Source: the human T2T-CHM13v2.0 reference genome, Homo sapiens
DNA length: 64,000 nucleotides
Strand: one strand, 5' to 3'
Assembly (NCBI RefSeq): GCF_009914755.1
Contig: NC_060942.1
The notes beneath the pieces are model-generated. The model was not told the DNA's origin. It made no database searches and saw only the letters and a program-made list of their open reading frames with translations. The position numbers and the translations under genes are program-made. Positions 52,687 to 64,000 of this stretch are shown here, one piece after another (position 1 is the stretch's first letter; every line of letters starts with the position of its first letter).

Positions 52687-53572
52687 AACTATTTGGAACC
52701 TACATTACCTTTTATGGCCTAAACAGCACTTTGAGGGTGGCCAGATGCACACAATGGCCGTATAAGGTATGTGTCCACCTGGAAACTGAATTGTGTAGCA
52801 CCCATGGCAGTAACACCTGCTCTGAGGCCTGGAAGTGAGAGACCAGGAAGACCAGGAAAAGGAGGAAAAAGCTACTCTTTTCCCGAGTGTGGTACCAATT
52901 CCTCAAAATATCTTGCAGTAGGACAAGTTTATTTTCTATATCTTTCCACCTCCCTTTCTTAACTTCTGGCAAGAAGTACCTTATTTAGGGACTCCCTGGC
53001 CTATCTCAGAATGCTGCCACCTAGAATGACCTACCTTCTCTCCTTCCTCAATTAAAACATCCATTTTCTTAGTGCTGCTCATGTCAGGTAAGTTTTGAGA
53101 GGAAAGTAATCCAAAAGGATAAAGGTCTACTTATTTGAAATATACCTCCATAATCTTCAGAGACATATTTGTGTATTTTTTAAGTATGCCCTTAAACCTA
53201 ACTGAATATTTAGTTGATCAAATTCTAAGTGGTGTAATTAAGAAACATCTGGAACTCCATTTGGAGTGCCCATGTAGCAATGCATGTCAGGCTGTTGCCT
53301 GCCCTATAATCTGTCCATCTCCTCCATTCTGCTCCTGCTTTTGTAAGATGCTTTCCTCCCCTGTGTATGACCCAGCAACCCTACAGATCCCCTAATAGTC
53401 CTCATCTACTGCCCTTCCCCACCCTAGTATATCCTGTGGTCCTGTGGATGCTGGTGCTGGATCAATGGGCTGGAATGGTTTTAACATGAAAGCTGGGGAA
53501 GCGCATATTGATAAGGCAGGGACTCATGCATTGGTAATTCTGGCCCCTGACTGTAATCTAACTTTGCCTTCA

Positions 53573-53934
53573 TGTATTAGTCCATTTTCATGCTGCTGAT
53601 AAAGACATACCCAAGACTGAGTAATTTATAAAGAAAAAGAAGGTTAATGGACTCACAGTTCCACGTGGCTGGGGAGGCCTCACAATCACGGTGGAAGGCG
53701 AAAGGCACATCTTACATGGCAGCAGGCAAGACAGACTAAGAGCCAAGTGAAAAGGGAAACCCCTTATAAAACTATCAGATCTTGTGAGACTTATTCACTA
53801 CCATGAAAACAGTATGGGGGAAACTGCCCCCGCAATTCAATTATCTCCCATTAGGTCCCTCCCACAACATGTGGGAATTATGGGAGCTATAATTCAAGAT
53901 GAGATTTGGGTGGGGACACAGCCAAACCATATCA
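53573..53934 (-). mobile_element. THE1B-like solo LTR
   Basis: tgtattagtcc...gccaaaccatatca with a perfect 5-bp TSD CTTCA. Confidence 0.93.
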
Positions 53935-55559
53935 CTTCACTTCTCTCACTCCCTGGGAGTAGTACCTCCAGCATCTTGCTGCACAGAGAGACTAGGTCTG
54001 CATAACCAAAACTTATGTTAGCTCTCTGAACTCACCAAAGATGGACTCGACGACACATCTTTACCATTTACTCAGCCAAAGCAAAAAGTGATTTATGTCC
54101 CTCAGGGGAAGAAAGATGTTCCATCACGATTCTGATCTAAATTTATCTAACAATCCTTGAAATTTGGTGCAATGGTCTATAGCCCTCCTAAAAGATTCTT
54201 TTCAACAAGTCTAGGATAATTCTCTTTCCACATCTAGTGAATTTCTAGTCTACTAAGACCTGAAATGTTATGCAGCCAATAAAAGTTATAATGCAGAATT
54301 TACAGCCCAAGAAACGATCCATGTTATTATAAGTAAAGAAGGGAGGTATAAAAACTACACCTACATGCTTGCAGTCATGTAAAATTATGACTGCAAGTGA
54401 ACAATGATCGAGAGGGAAGATGCAAAAATAGTATAATTACTGTGCTAAGGTAGTTGAGTTTAAGTGAGGAGTTTTGGGTCTTTATTTTAATAATTTTTGT
54501 TTTATATTATAAAATTTATATATATGTAATATAAACTTGTTATAAAATTATATGAATATTTTGTTATGATAAAATAAGCTAATTTTAATCTATAATACAA
54601 AGAGGGTGATAAGTAGCAGAGTAAATTAAACCTCCTTCCCCCCAAAATAAAGGGCTTCAGAGTAGGAGAGGTTGCATTCTAACAAGTGAAGAACATTTCA
54701 ACTATCTCTCCTGTTTTTGTAATCAAACAAACATAGTCCCCATTTCTAAATGCATCTTTTAATAGTTTGTTATACAGTGATCTGAAGTACAGATCTTTCA
54801 CTTCAAGTTCAGTCTGTCCCATTTGTCACCTTTAGGCCAAGATACTGAAAATATTAACCTTTGATTTGGGCTCTGGGAAATGTTTTGAAGATTTTTCAAA
54901 AGCATACAGCTCAGAGATACATCTGGTTTATAAAGTATCGGGCCTCCTTGTGTTTACTTGTTGGATACTGTCCTCCGCTTCACATCTGACAAGTCCAGAC
55001 ACATGCTTCCCTCTTAGTAAGCAGCCTTGAAGGAAGCCCATAAAGAAATCAGATAACATACTTGGTGATGGACAAGGGCGGAATGAAACCAGCTGAGCAG
55101 AATATTGCACGACAAGTGGGGCTGAGGAAGAAATCTGACCTGCTGGGAGAACAGAGAGCAGGAGAGCGGGCCATGCGCTCCCAACCCAGACTTAGCGATT
55201 TGTATCTTCACTCACTCATGCTTTAAAGCCCTGTAAGCAACCAGCTCTGTGCCTCAGGCCCCAGTCTCACCAATATATACACAATACGCAGGCCAGATAT
55301 TCTGAAACGACTTTCCCAACTATGTTTATCAAATTACATAGAATCACCTATGTGTAACATGCCTCAAGAAATATGTTACCTCTCTATGTGTTTGGCACTA
55401 CAAGCAAGCTGAAAAGTGCCGGCTCTGTCTCCAGGCGGGATAGGACAGGAGGGTAATCCTGGAGTGTGAGCAGCACTGATACTAGGATTGGCTGTGAGCA
55501 AGTTTATCTCCATTAGTCTCCTGGCCCTCACCTTCCTGGGAACTCCATTCCCCCTACTT

Positions 55560-56370
55560 TCAGGTTCAATAGTTGGGGTCTCCAGGAGGCATACCCTGAG
55601 ATGGAGTTCCAGTATAAGGTGTTTATTAAGGAGGGCCCTTGGGGCCAGCACCTGTGGGAGGGAAGTGAAGGAAGCAGGACTGGGCAAAAGAAGTCCAGCT
55701 GCCATGCAGACTAACTGCCTTAGCTGACTTCTCAGAGAGTTCCAGAACTAGAGTTTCCCCAAGTTGAGATGGGATAGCCAGACCCGTATACTATCACATT
55801 AATTAGTCACTGGATGTCGCCCTGGAAGGATGTGGTGACCATGGGTGTCTCAGTCGGTTTGTATTGCTATAAAGGATTACCTGAGGCTGGGTAATTTATA
55901 AAGAAAAGAGGTTCATTTGGCTCATGGTTCTACAGGCTGTACAAGAAGCATGGTGCCAGCATCTGCATCTAGGGAGGGCCTCAAGCTGCTTCCATGCATG
56001 GAGGAAGGGGGAAGGAAGCCGACATGTGCAGATCACATGGTGAGAGGAAGCAAGGCAGGAGGGGAAGGTGCCAGGCTCTTTTTAACAATCAGCTATTACA
56101 GGAACAAAGAGAGTAAGAACTCAACTCATCACCAGGACGACTGCACCAAAACATTCATGAGGGATCCACCTGGATGACCCCAACACCCCCCACCAGGCCC
56201 CACCTCCAACAATGGGGATCAGATTTCAACATGAGATTTGGTGGGGTCAAATATGCAAACCATAGGAGTGGGTAGGTGGCTCTCTGCAATTGGCAATCCC
56301 TAAAGGGACTGGTAGGTGACGGGGAAAAATCCTTCATTGAAGGGGGATCTGAGCAACACAGTGTCCAAAA
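55560..56370 (-). mobile_element. Old ERVL-type LTR (LTR16/33-like) interrupted by an MST LTR
   Basis: ccctgagatggag...gtttattaaggagg...cacctgtgggagggaagtgaaggaagcaggactgggca; family assignment uncertain. Confidence 0.45.
55845..56266 (-). mobile_element. MST (MaLR) solo LTR
   Basis: ttgctataaagga...cctgaggctgggtaatttataaagaaaagagg...ttcaacatgagatttgg...aaaccata. Confidence 0.88.
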
Positions 56371-57367
56371 GGCCCCGATGGGAGCTCCCCCTACCACCAC
56401 CCCCAGTTATTTAATCTTCAGCATATTGTGAGAGTTAGCTTTAGCTCCCCTAATTTACAGATGAAGAAATACAAACTAAGCAAGCCCAGCTGGGACCTCA
56501 AACTGACCTTTGATGTCCTGGTTCCTATGGTGGTAGAAGCACAGCTGGCTTTTAAACAGCAGGATTGGCAAGTCTACAGGGCTGGGCCCAAGATGGGTAG
56601 GAATAGTCTGTGCTGTTGCTTGGTAGAAGAGGAAACACATATGAAGGAGGCTGCCGTTCAATGCCTCTTCTGTAACCCCCTCAGCCTGCCAGCTCCTGTT
56701 CCAGTCGTCTGTTTCACACAGATTTCTTTAATAGCTTTTACATCATGGTCTCCCAGACTTCATGCAACTTACTCCTTTGAAAAACATTATGGAAAAGGCA
56801 AAACGTGGCCAGTGAGTCCAAGAGGAAGCCACCTGACCTCCTGCTCTCCCCACTCCAGAGTTCTGCTTCTGACTCTTGTCTGTTCTGCATTTCTACTCTG
56901 GGGATCCTGTGCTATCTTTGCTAGCTCTCCCTCCTGCCAACAAAATGTGACTCTCTGTGACCCATTCCCTCATGTCTGTTTTCTGTTAACCTGACATGGC
57001 CAATGCCAATGGGTCACTCACTTCTCTTCAGGTCATGGTCATTCTTAAATAGGGGCTTCTTAAAGACAGCAATTTAGCCCTGAAATATTGGGCCAGTGAT
57101 GAGGTTAAGTAGATGAGGTGAGAAGAAAATATGGGGTCAAGCAGGACTTTGTGGCACCCGAGCCCTTTAACTCAAAGTCTCTTATTTTTTAGACTGCCTA
57201 GAAACGGCTGGCCGTGGTGGAAGAATATATGTTATTTTGATGTCTAACATCTGAAGTATTTAGGTAACATTTATCCTATGCCTACTAACATACTCAAGCC
57301 CAACCCTAAAGCAAAATTAAATCCCAAGGTGTGTGATGGCATGGAGACTGTGCAGGGAAGTTTCACA

Positions 57368-58131
57368 TGGAACGGGAGAGTTCCCTTATCCCCCTTGCAG
57401 AACAGGGGTGTGCCCTGCTGCTCAAACCCCTAGGGGAAGCATGCAGACGGGCAGGTGCAGAAGCCATGGGGAGCGCTTTTGGGCTCTGGCCCAAAGGCAG
57501 CGTCTAGGACTCCTGAAGCCCAAGTGGGCGTGTGTTACAGTGTGCTCACTCTCAGCTACGCCTTCTGCAGACGGCTTGTATTAGCTCAATAGACCCTCTG
57601 CCTTATCACAAGGACACAGGGCCAGTGTGACAGCCTGAGTTCTTGCCCAGTGAACTGGAAAAATCAGATCACACATGGGCTGGAAGGCTGAGTGCAACGT
57701 TTATTGAGTGGTGAAGGTGGTTCTTAGTTAAATGGATGGGAAGCCAGAAGCGGGGGATGGAGTGGGAAGGTGATCTTCCCCCGGATTCGGGCTTCCCAGT
57801 GGCCAGATTCTTCTCCAACTGTCCCGGGCTGAACTTCCCTTGGCATCCGCATCATTCCACCATCGCTAGTCTGCCAGTGTCTGCTGGTGTGCTCCTCTTC
57901 TCCTCTCAACATCCAGCTGCTTGTGTCTGTGCCCGCTAAGGTCTCAAGTTCATATGGGTACAGAATGGGGGGCGTGGTGGGCCAGAGTGGTCTTGGAAAA
58001 TGCAACATTTGGGCCCAAAAACAGGAGTTCCTATTCTCACTTAGATCCGTGGGCACAGGCCAGAGGATGGAGCCCTCACCAGGAACCCTGCCCTTCTCTA
58101 CCCAGCATTTCCCTGCCCCTCTCCCATACCA
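57368..58131 (-). mobile_element. ERV1 solo LTR (LTR1/27/28/MER52 group)
   Basis: The - strand begins TGGTATGGGAGAGGGGCAGGGAAATGCTGGGTAGAGAAGGGC, contains AATAAA (tttattg at ~57700) and ends GGGAACTCTCCCGTTCCA. Confidence 0.75.
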
Positions 58132-58251
58132 ATGATATCCTTCTCATAAGGTAAAACATCCCACCATCGCGTTTCCGGGTTTGGGATTTAACTGGGCCCT
58201 GGTGCTTTTTCCTTTGGCTCCAACTCACCTGATTTCATGTCCCTCCCTCAG

Positions 58252-58369
58252 CTGATCCAGACAGTGAGTGCGGTGGACCAAGATGACCCACGCAATGGTC
58301 AGCATTTCTACTACAGCTTGGCTCCTGAGGCTGCTAACAACCCCAACTTTACCATAAGGGACAACCAAG
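58252..58369 (+). CDS. CDH20: CDH20 coding exon 9 (EC5)
   Basis: ccctcag|CTGATCCAG ([13 protein letters not shown]...NFTIRDNQ) G|gtaatc; 118 nt. Confidence 0.96.
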
Positions 58370-58503
58370 GTAATCAGGTGGATGGTTGGCTATCTGTGCT
58401 TTTCTACAGCATAGGCCAGCTACTTTGGGTTACTGTCTTATGCAAACAGTGTCAAAGGCTACCTGTTCCATACCAGCAGGGAGGATGTTAATAATTCAGT
58501 GTA

Positions 58504-58631
58504 TTTTTTTTTTTTTTTTGAGATGGGGTCTATGTTGGCCAGGTTGGTCTTGAACTCTTGGCTTCAAGCAGTCCTCCCATCTCAGCCTCCCAAAGTGCTA
58601 GGATTACAGACATGAGCCACCGTGCCCAGCC
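58504..58631 (-). mobile_element. FLAM-type Alu monomer
   Basis: poly-T, then gagatggggtc...cgtgcccagcc; flanking cagtgt. Confidence 0.9.
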
Positions 58632-60134
58632 TCACAGTGTCTTTTAAAGTTTTGTTTCAGAACAACAAACACAGAGAACCCTTTGCCAACTCTAAAACTC
58701 ATTCAGTCAGTAAGTCGGCAGATGTTTACTGAGTGCCTGTCCCGTGCCAGAAACACTGCAAAGCACAGAGGCAAAATCCTTCATTCCCACTGGTAGCAGC
58801 CCTGTTCATATGTTCTGTAACAACGGGAAAAATCTGAGAAAGATAGAAAGTGATCTAGGATAAAAAATAAAATAAAATAAAATAAAAAACCCCTGGGGGC
58901 ACATTTCTAGGCAGAGATCAAAGCAGGAAACAGTAAAAAGCTCTCCAAACAATAAGGAGACAAAGGATAATAGAGATAACAAAGGGCAAATACAGGACCA
59001 TAAACACAGTTTTGGCACTGAAACAGCTTTATTACTTTAGAATGATTTAGAGAAATACTTTCAGGTAGGGTTCCCTATCCATAAACTGCTCCCCGCTATA
59101 GCTTTGATGGAACAGAATTCTAGGCCCCTCTTTTCCAACAAGCATTCAGACCAGCTAAGGGGCTCATAGACCCAGCACACTCTTCTTTGGGCACAGATGG
59201 GAAAAGGAAGGACTTTTGTTCTGTAGCCAGATGATTTGCTTCAAAAGAAAAAAAAAGGTCAGGGCAATGGAAAAAATAAGTTAAACTGTCAAATGAACCT
59301 CATCTGTTGTTAACTCTGCTGCCAGCTAGCCAGCTGACCCTGGGAAGGTCATCACTTCTTGAGACTGCAGTAGCGTCATTTTCATTCCGATTCTAAAATA
59401 TTAATTGCCGCTTTGTAAAAATCTAAGCAAAGGGTAACAAAAAGTCATGATTAGGTTAGGCACGCCTGGTTTTAGTTTCAAACATCAATTATTTGAGATT
59501 AAAAGTATTACTTCAACCCCACATGACAGTTTTCTGCTGTAAAACTTGAGATTCTCAAACCTGTTTTCTTCTAAATGGGAAAGCATTCTTCTAAGTCATC
59601 CCTTCAACCTCCTACATGTCACCATAAAAATACTATAATAATTCTGGAAGGAATGGTAATATGAATTATAAAGGCAGAAATACTTCAATTAAATATCCTG
59701 AAGTTCTTATTGGGTCAAAATTTTGAACTATTCATTTATCTGCTTCATAGGGAAACTATTCCCGCAAAAAGTGCTTTCAACCTAGGATTGGCTTTACAAA
59801 GGCAACCCTGGGGGGGGAAAATAACACATTGTAACACATTATATTTTTTCTTCAACTGTTCAGCTAAGCTATCATTCTAATGAGTGAAACAAAATGCAGC
59901 AAAATGCTGCAAATTTCTTAAAGAGGACTTTGGGCACCAATTTATGGAACCAATTCCTTAAAAAGATGGGCCACCGGCACTGGATGACTATAGTAAGACG
60001 TGACTCATCTCTTGGAAGGTTTCCCAAAACAGAAGTCAGCACATCTTCAACAGAAAGCATGAACTCTTAATCTCCAAATGACAATTTATCTCACGAGTAT
60101 CCTTTACTGGGGCTCATTTTAAAACTGAACAAGT

Positions 60135-60572
<438 letters not shown>

Positions 60573-61504
60573 AAACTGACTAATATAGGGCAGATCTACT
60601 GTCAACTACCTCTGTTCCTGTGCCTGAAACATGATGTCCTTTTATGAACACAACAGGGCACTATCTCCAGTAAAGCCTTTTTTTACTTTTCAGCCCCAAA
60701 ACATTATGAAAAGAATTATGTGTATATAGTACTTTACAGTTTCAAAGTATTTTCCCATACCTTATTTGATATTTACAATAATTCTGTGAGGCTTTAAGGA
60801 AGTTATTAATCCCTCTGATTCTTATTGTCCCATCTGATAGATGAGGAAAGTAAGCAAATGGCCCAAGACCAGAGTCAATAAGCTGAATAAGCATTAAAAC
60901 TGGGATTAGAAATTGAGTCCTGTTTTACCATGCCCCCCCACTACACCCCCGCCCCACACACACAGTGTTCTGTGTCACCTCAGAAAAAAATGCTGTTTCC
61001 AAATAAGTTACTAAAGTCCTCATTATCACATTCAACAAAAATTTTCCAAGTGGCTACTATATGCCAGGCCCCTTCCAGCACTGGACTCAGCAATGTGATG
61101 CTCTGATATTTTTCTTTAATCTTAAATAATTCTTAGATCAAGAAACATATATATCGTAGGTATAATACTTTTATGAATTTCGGCTCTAGTCAGACTTTCT
61201 AAAAGTCTCATGACCTCACCTGGATTAAACCAAAAAAATAAAAAAAAAGTTCTGATTAGAGAAAAACCTGCTTTCTGAAAAAACAAGCAATTAAAACTAC
61301 AAAGTGGAATTGATAGTATTTAGCTATTAAGTCTGGAACACAGAAAGGTGCACGGGTTGTTTGGTAGGTGGAAATATGAATATAATCCTCAGGTTGGCAT
61401 CCTTTCTCCATTGGGAAGAAAATAAGAAGTAGCCTGTATCAAAGCAGGAAGAGGTTATGCTTATCTGAATTTTTTTTGACAGTTAATATTACTAAACTAA
61501 ATAA

Positions 61505-61750
61505 GCAGTTATGTAGCACAATGGAACATGTACATGTTTTGGAGCCAGAGAGACCAGAGTTCAAATCCCAGCTCTGCTACTAACTAGGTTAGTGGCTTCA
61601 AACAAATAATAAAATCACTCTAGGCCTTACTTCTATTTCTGAAAACGAGTAAGATTATTACTATGTCCAAATTGTGAAGATTGAGTGAGATACTGCATGC
61701 AAAGTCCAGGTACATGGCACATGAGCCTTTAGTAACAATAGCTGTTAGCA
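61505..61750 (+). mobile_element. MIR
   Basis: ggagccagagagaccagagttcaaatcccagctctgctactaactag. Confidence 0.75.
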
Positions 61751-61791
61751 TAAAAAGCAGAGTGGAGGAAGAAAAGTTAATTAAGGGGTAA

Positions 61792-62160
61792 TGTGTTACT
61801 CAGAATAGCCCAGATTATGCTATGGGAACAACTACCACAAAAATCTCAGTGGCTTAGCACAACTACAGTTAATTTCTTGCTCACATACAGCCTGCTGTGG
61901 GTCTGAGCTCAGCGTCCCAGGCCGCCCCGCTCTGCATCTCACACCCTGTGGTTCTTTCTCAGTAACTACAGCAAGGAAAGAGCATGGAGACTTACACACC
62001 AGCTCATACAGACTTCTGCCTAGAAGTAACACAAATCACTATTGCTCATCAACTAAAGCAAATCACACAGACATACCCACATTTAAGAGGATAGAAAAGT
62101 GTAATCCTTTATTATGTCCAAAATGGGAAGAAGAACCAGAAATATTGATAATCACTAATA
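61792..62160 (-). mobile_element. MLT1-type MaLR LTR
   Basis: caaaaatctcagtggcttagcacaac...tttcttgctcac...gcaaatcaca. Confidence 0.65.
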
Positions 62161-63200
62161 ATGTTTTCTTAGGTTAGGCTCTCAAAATTTTTTGTGATGT
62201 TCTAGACTCTTTCCTATGAAATATGAAACACATCCATGGGACCTCTGTGTTGGTGGTATTAGCTTTGAGAATCACTTCTTGCATGTCCTACTACATCTCT
62301 CAAATTTTTCCTCTGCTGAAAATAATCTGAGCTTTGCAAAAGTATATCTACTTTAGAATTCAAACCTACACCAGGAAACTTGAGAATGTAGATTTTAAAA
62401 ATGAAAACTCCCACAACACAATATGTGAATATAAATGTAAACACACACACATACACATCCCAACTTTGTAGAAAATATCTAATAATTTGACTAATCCCCT
62501 TTAAAACTGGAGGAAAGATTTCTAGTATTGATCAGTAACAAAGTTTCACCAAGTTCATTTTAACTGCTTAAAGTGAGACCACCAACCCAGGAGAAATAAC
62601 AAGGTGTGTCATATGATTAGGGGATTTCAAAGAAGCTTCTACTAAATGAGCAGGTTCTTTAGGAAACACAGGAGTTGGTGACTGCATTTCAGAAGCATAA
62701 AAGAAAATAGTAAAAGACGTGAATTCCAGACAAAGCGGCAAAAATAAGTAATCTGCCACAGTCACACAGGCTCCTCAGCATTCTTTTCCTGGAGGCGCAA
62801 AGCAGCACTGGGGCCTTGGCAAGCTGCTGAGCAGGAACAAACAGTGACCACAAGTCACCAGTGATTGTTCTTTTCTGTCAAGCTTTCCCAGGGACATTTT
62901 TGTTAGATCTGAAGTCTGACAGTTTGCCTTGGGCACTTTATGTCACAAAGGATAAGACAGACTCAAAAAAAAAGAGGCTTTCTCTTCTTAGGCCTCAGGG
63001 TTTTGCCTAAAAGCAAGCAAAAAGCATGGTTTCTGAATCCAAATGCTGATCCAGGCAAACCCGCCATGGTTGACCACTACCAGGGAATATCTGACTATCC
63101 TCTTTCCTTCCTACACCCTGCCCCTGCCCCCTTGCTTTCCTCAATCCAAGAAATTAATTCACCTTCCCTTTTCCAATCCTGGAACCCCTCCTTCTTTCAG

Positions 63201-63452
63201 ATAACACAGCACGGATTCTAACCAGGAGGTCTGGTTTCCGGCAGCAGGAGCAGAGTGTCTTTCACCTGCCTATCCTGATAGCAGATAGCGGGCAGCCCGT
63301 GCTGAGCAGCACAGGCACACTGACCATCCAAGTGTGCAGCTGTGATGACGACGGCCACGTCATGTCCTGCAGCCCAGAGGCCTACATGCTCCCAGTCAGT
63401 TTGAGCCGGGGCGCCCTCATTGCCATCCTCGCCTGCATCTTTGTCCTCTTAG
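63201..63452 (+). CDS. CDH20: CDH20 coding exon 10 (EC5 end and start of TM helix); absent from the ORF track
   Basis: ctttcag|ATAACACA (DNTARILTRR...IADSGQPVLSSTGTLTIQVCSC...LSRGALIAILACIFVLL) G|gtgagt; 252 nt. Confidence 0.96.
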
Positions 63453-64000
63453 GTGAGTAAGGGGCTGCTTTCCCTTCTGTGGAGTCCTGCCAGTGCGCAC
63501 TCAGACATTTGTTCATTACCTTCCTGACACAGCTATTCAGAACTGGTCTTCCACACCTTGCTTACTCAAAAGGTGGTAGAGTGAGGCTGCACAAAAAACA
63601 GTAAAGAAATTGAGGACAGTCCCTTCTTCGAGGTGTCTGTGGCAAGATCAAAGCACATATACTTATAAAGTATCTACTATGAGCTGGGGCACCACACAAG
63701 GTGCTAGGATTAATAAAACAGACAAGTCCTGGCCTTCCTGAGTTTACTTCAGAACAAAGCAGGTTCATTTTGACATCATAGAATCAAAATTACAATTTAG
63801 ACAGGATTTGATGATCACCTCTTCTAACCCCTTCATTTAAGTAGTAGCTAAGTCACAAACGGGTAAGTGACAGGCTCAAAACCAAAGTCAGAGGCACAGC
63901 CAGGGCTGAAATGCAGGCAGGCTATATACACTGGGCACCCCTGTGGCTCAAAGGCACTGCCTTTCTCCTAAATGCTCATCCCGATTCTGGAGGTGGTATT

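Noticed and set aside
56428-56994. 188-aa ORF
   Set aside because: GTG start, no recognisable domain, intronic, no supporting exon structure.

Overview
Primate (very likely human) genomic DNA covering most of the type II classical cadherin gene CDH20 on the + strand. Ten coding exons (3806-63452, 1900 nt) can be joined with canonical GT-AG sites and consistent phases. They encode the signal/pro region, EC1-EC5 and the start of the transmembrane helix; the promoter and the last (cytoplasmic) exon lie outside the window. The introns are dense with Alu, L1, L2, MIR, MaLR/ERV LTR and DNA-transposon relics, and almost every other ORF in the track is a repeat or low-complexity artefact. I see no new multi-gene system. 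The most unusual structure is a young L1PA2-like insertion with a 5' inversion that keeps the complete 5'UTR but lacks ~2.7 kb internally. Its antisense promoter and open ORF0 point down the CDH20 sense strand, with splice donors in frame with later CDH20 exons. Also notable: a self-folding Alu with duplicated and inverted arms, a second older inverted L1, nested insertions, and a possible intron-read-through isoform. Repeat subfamily names are from recall of consensus sequences, not a RepeatMasker run.
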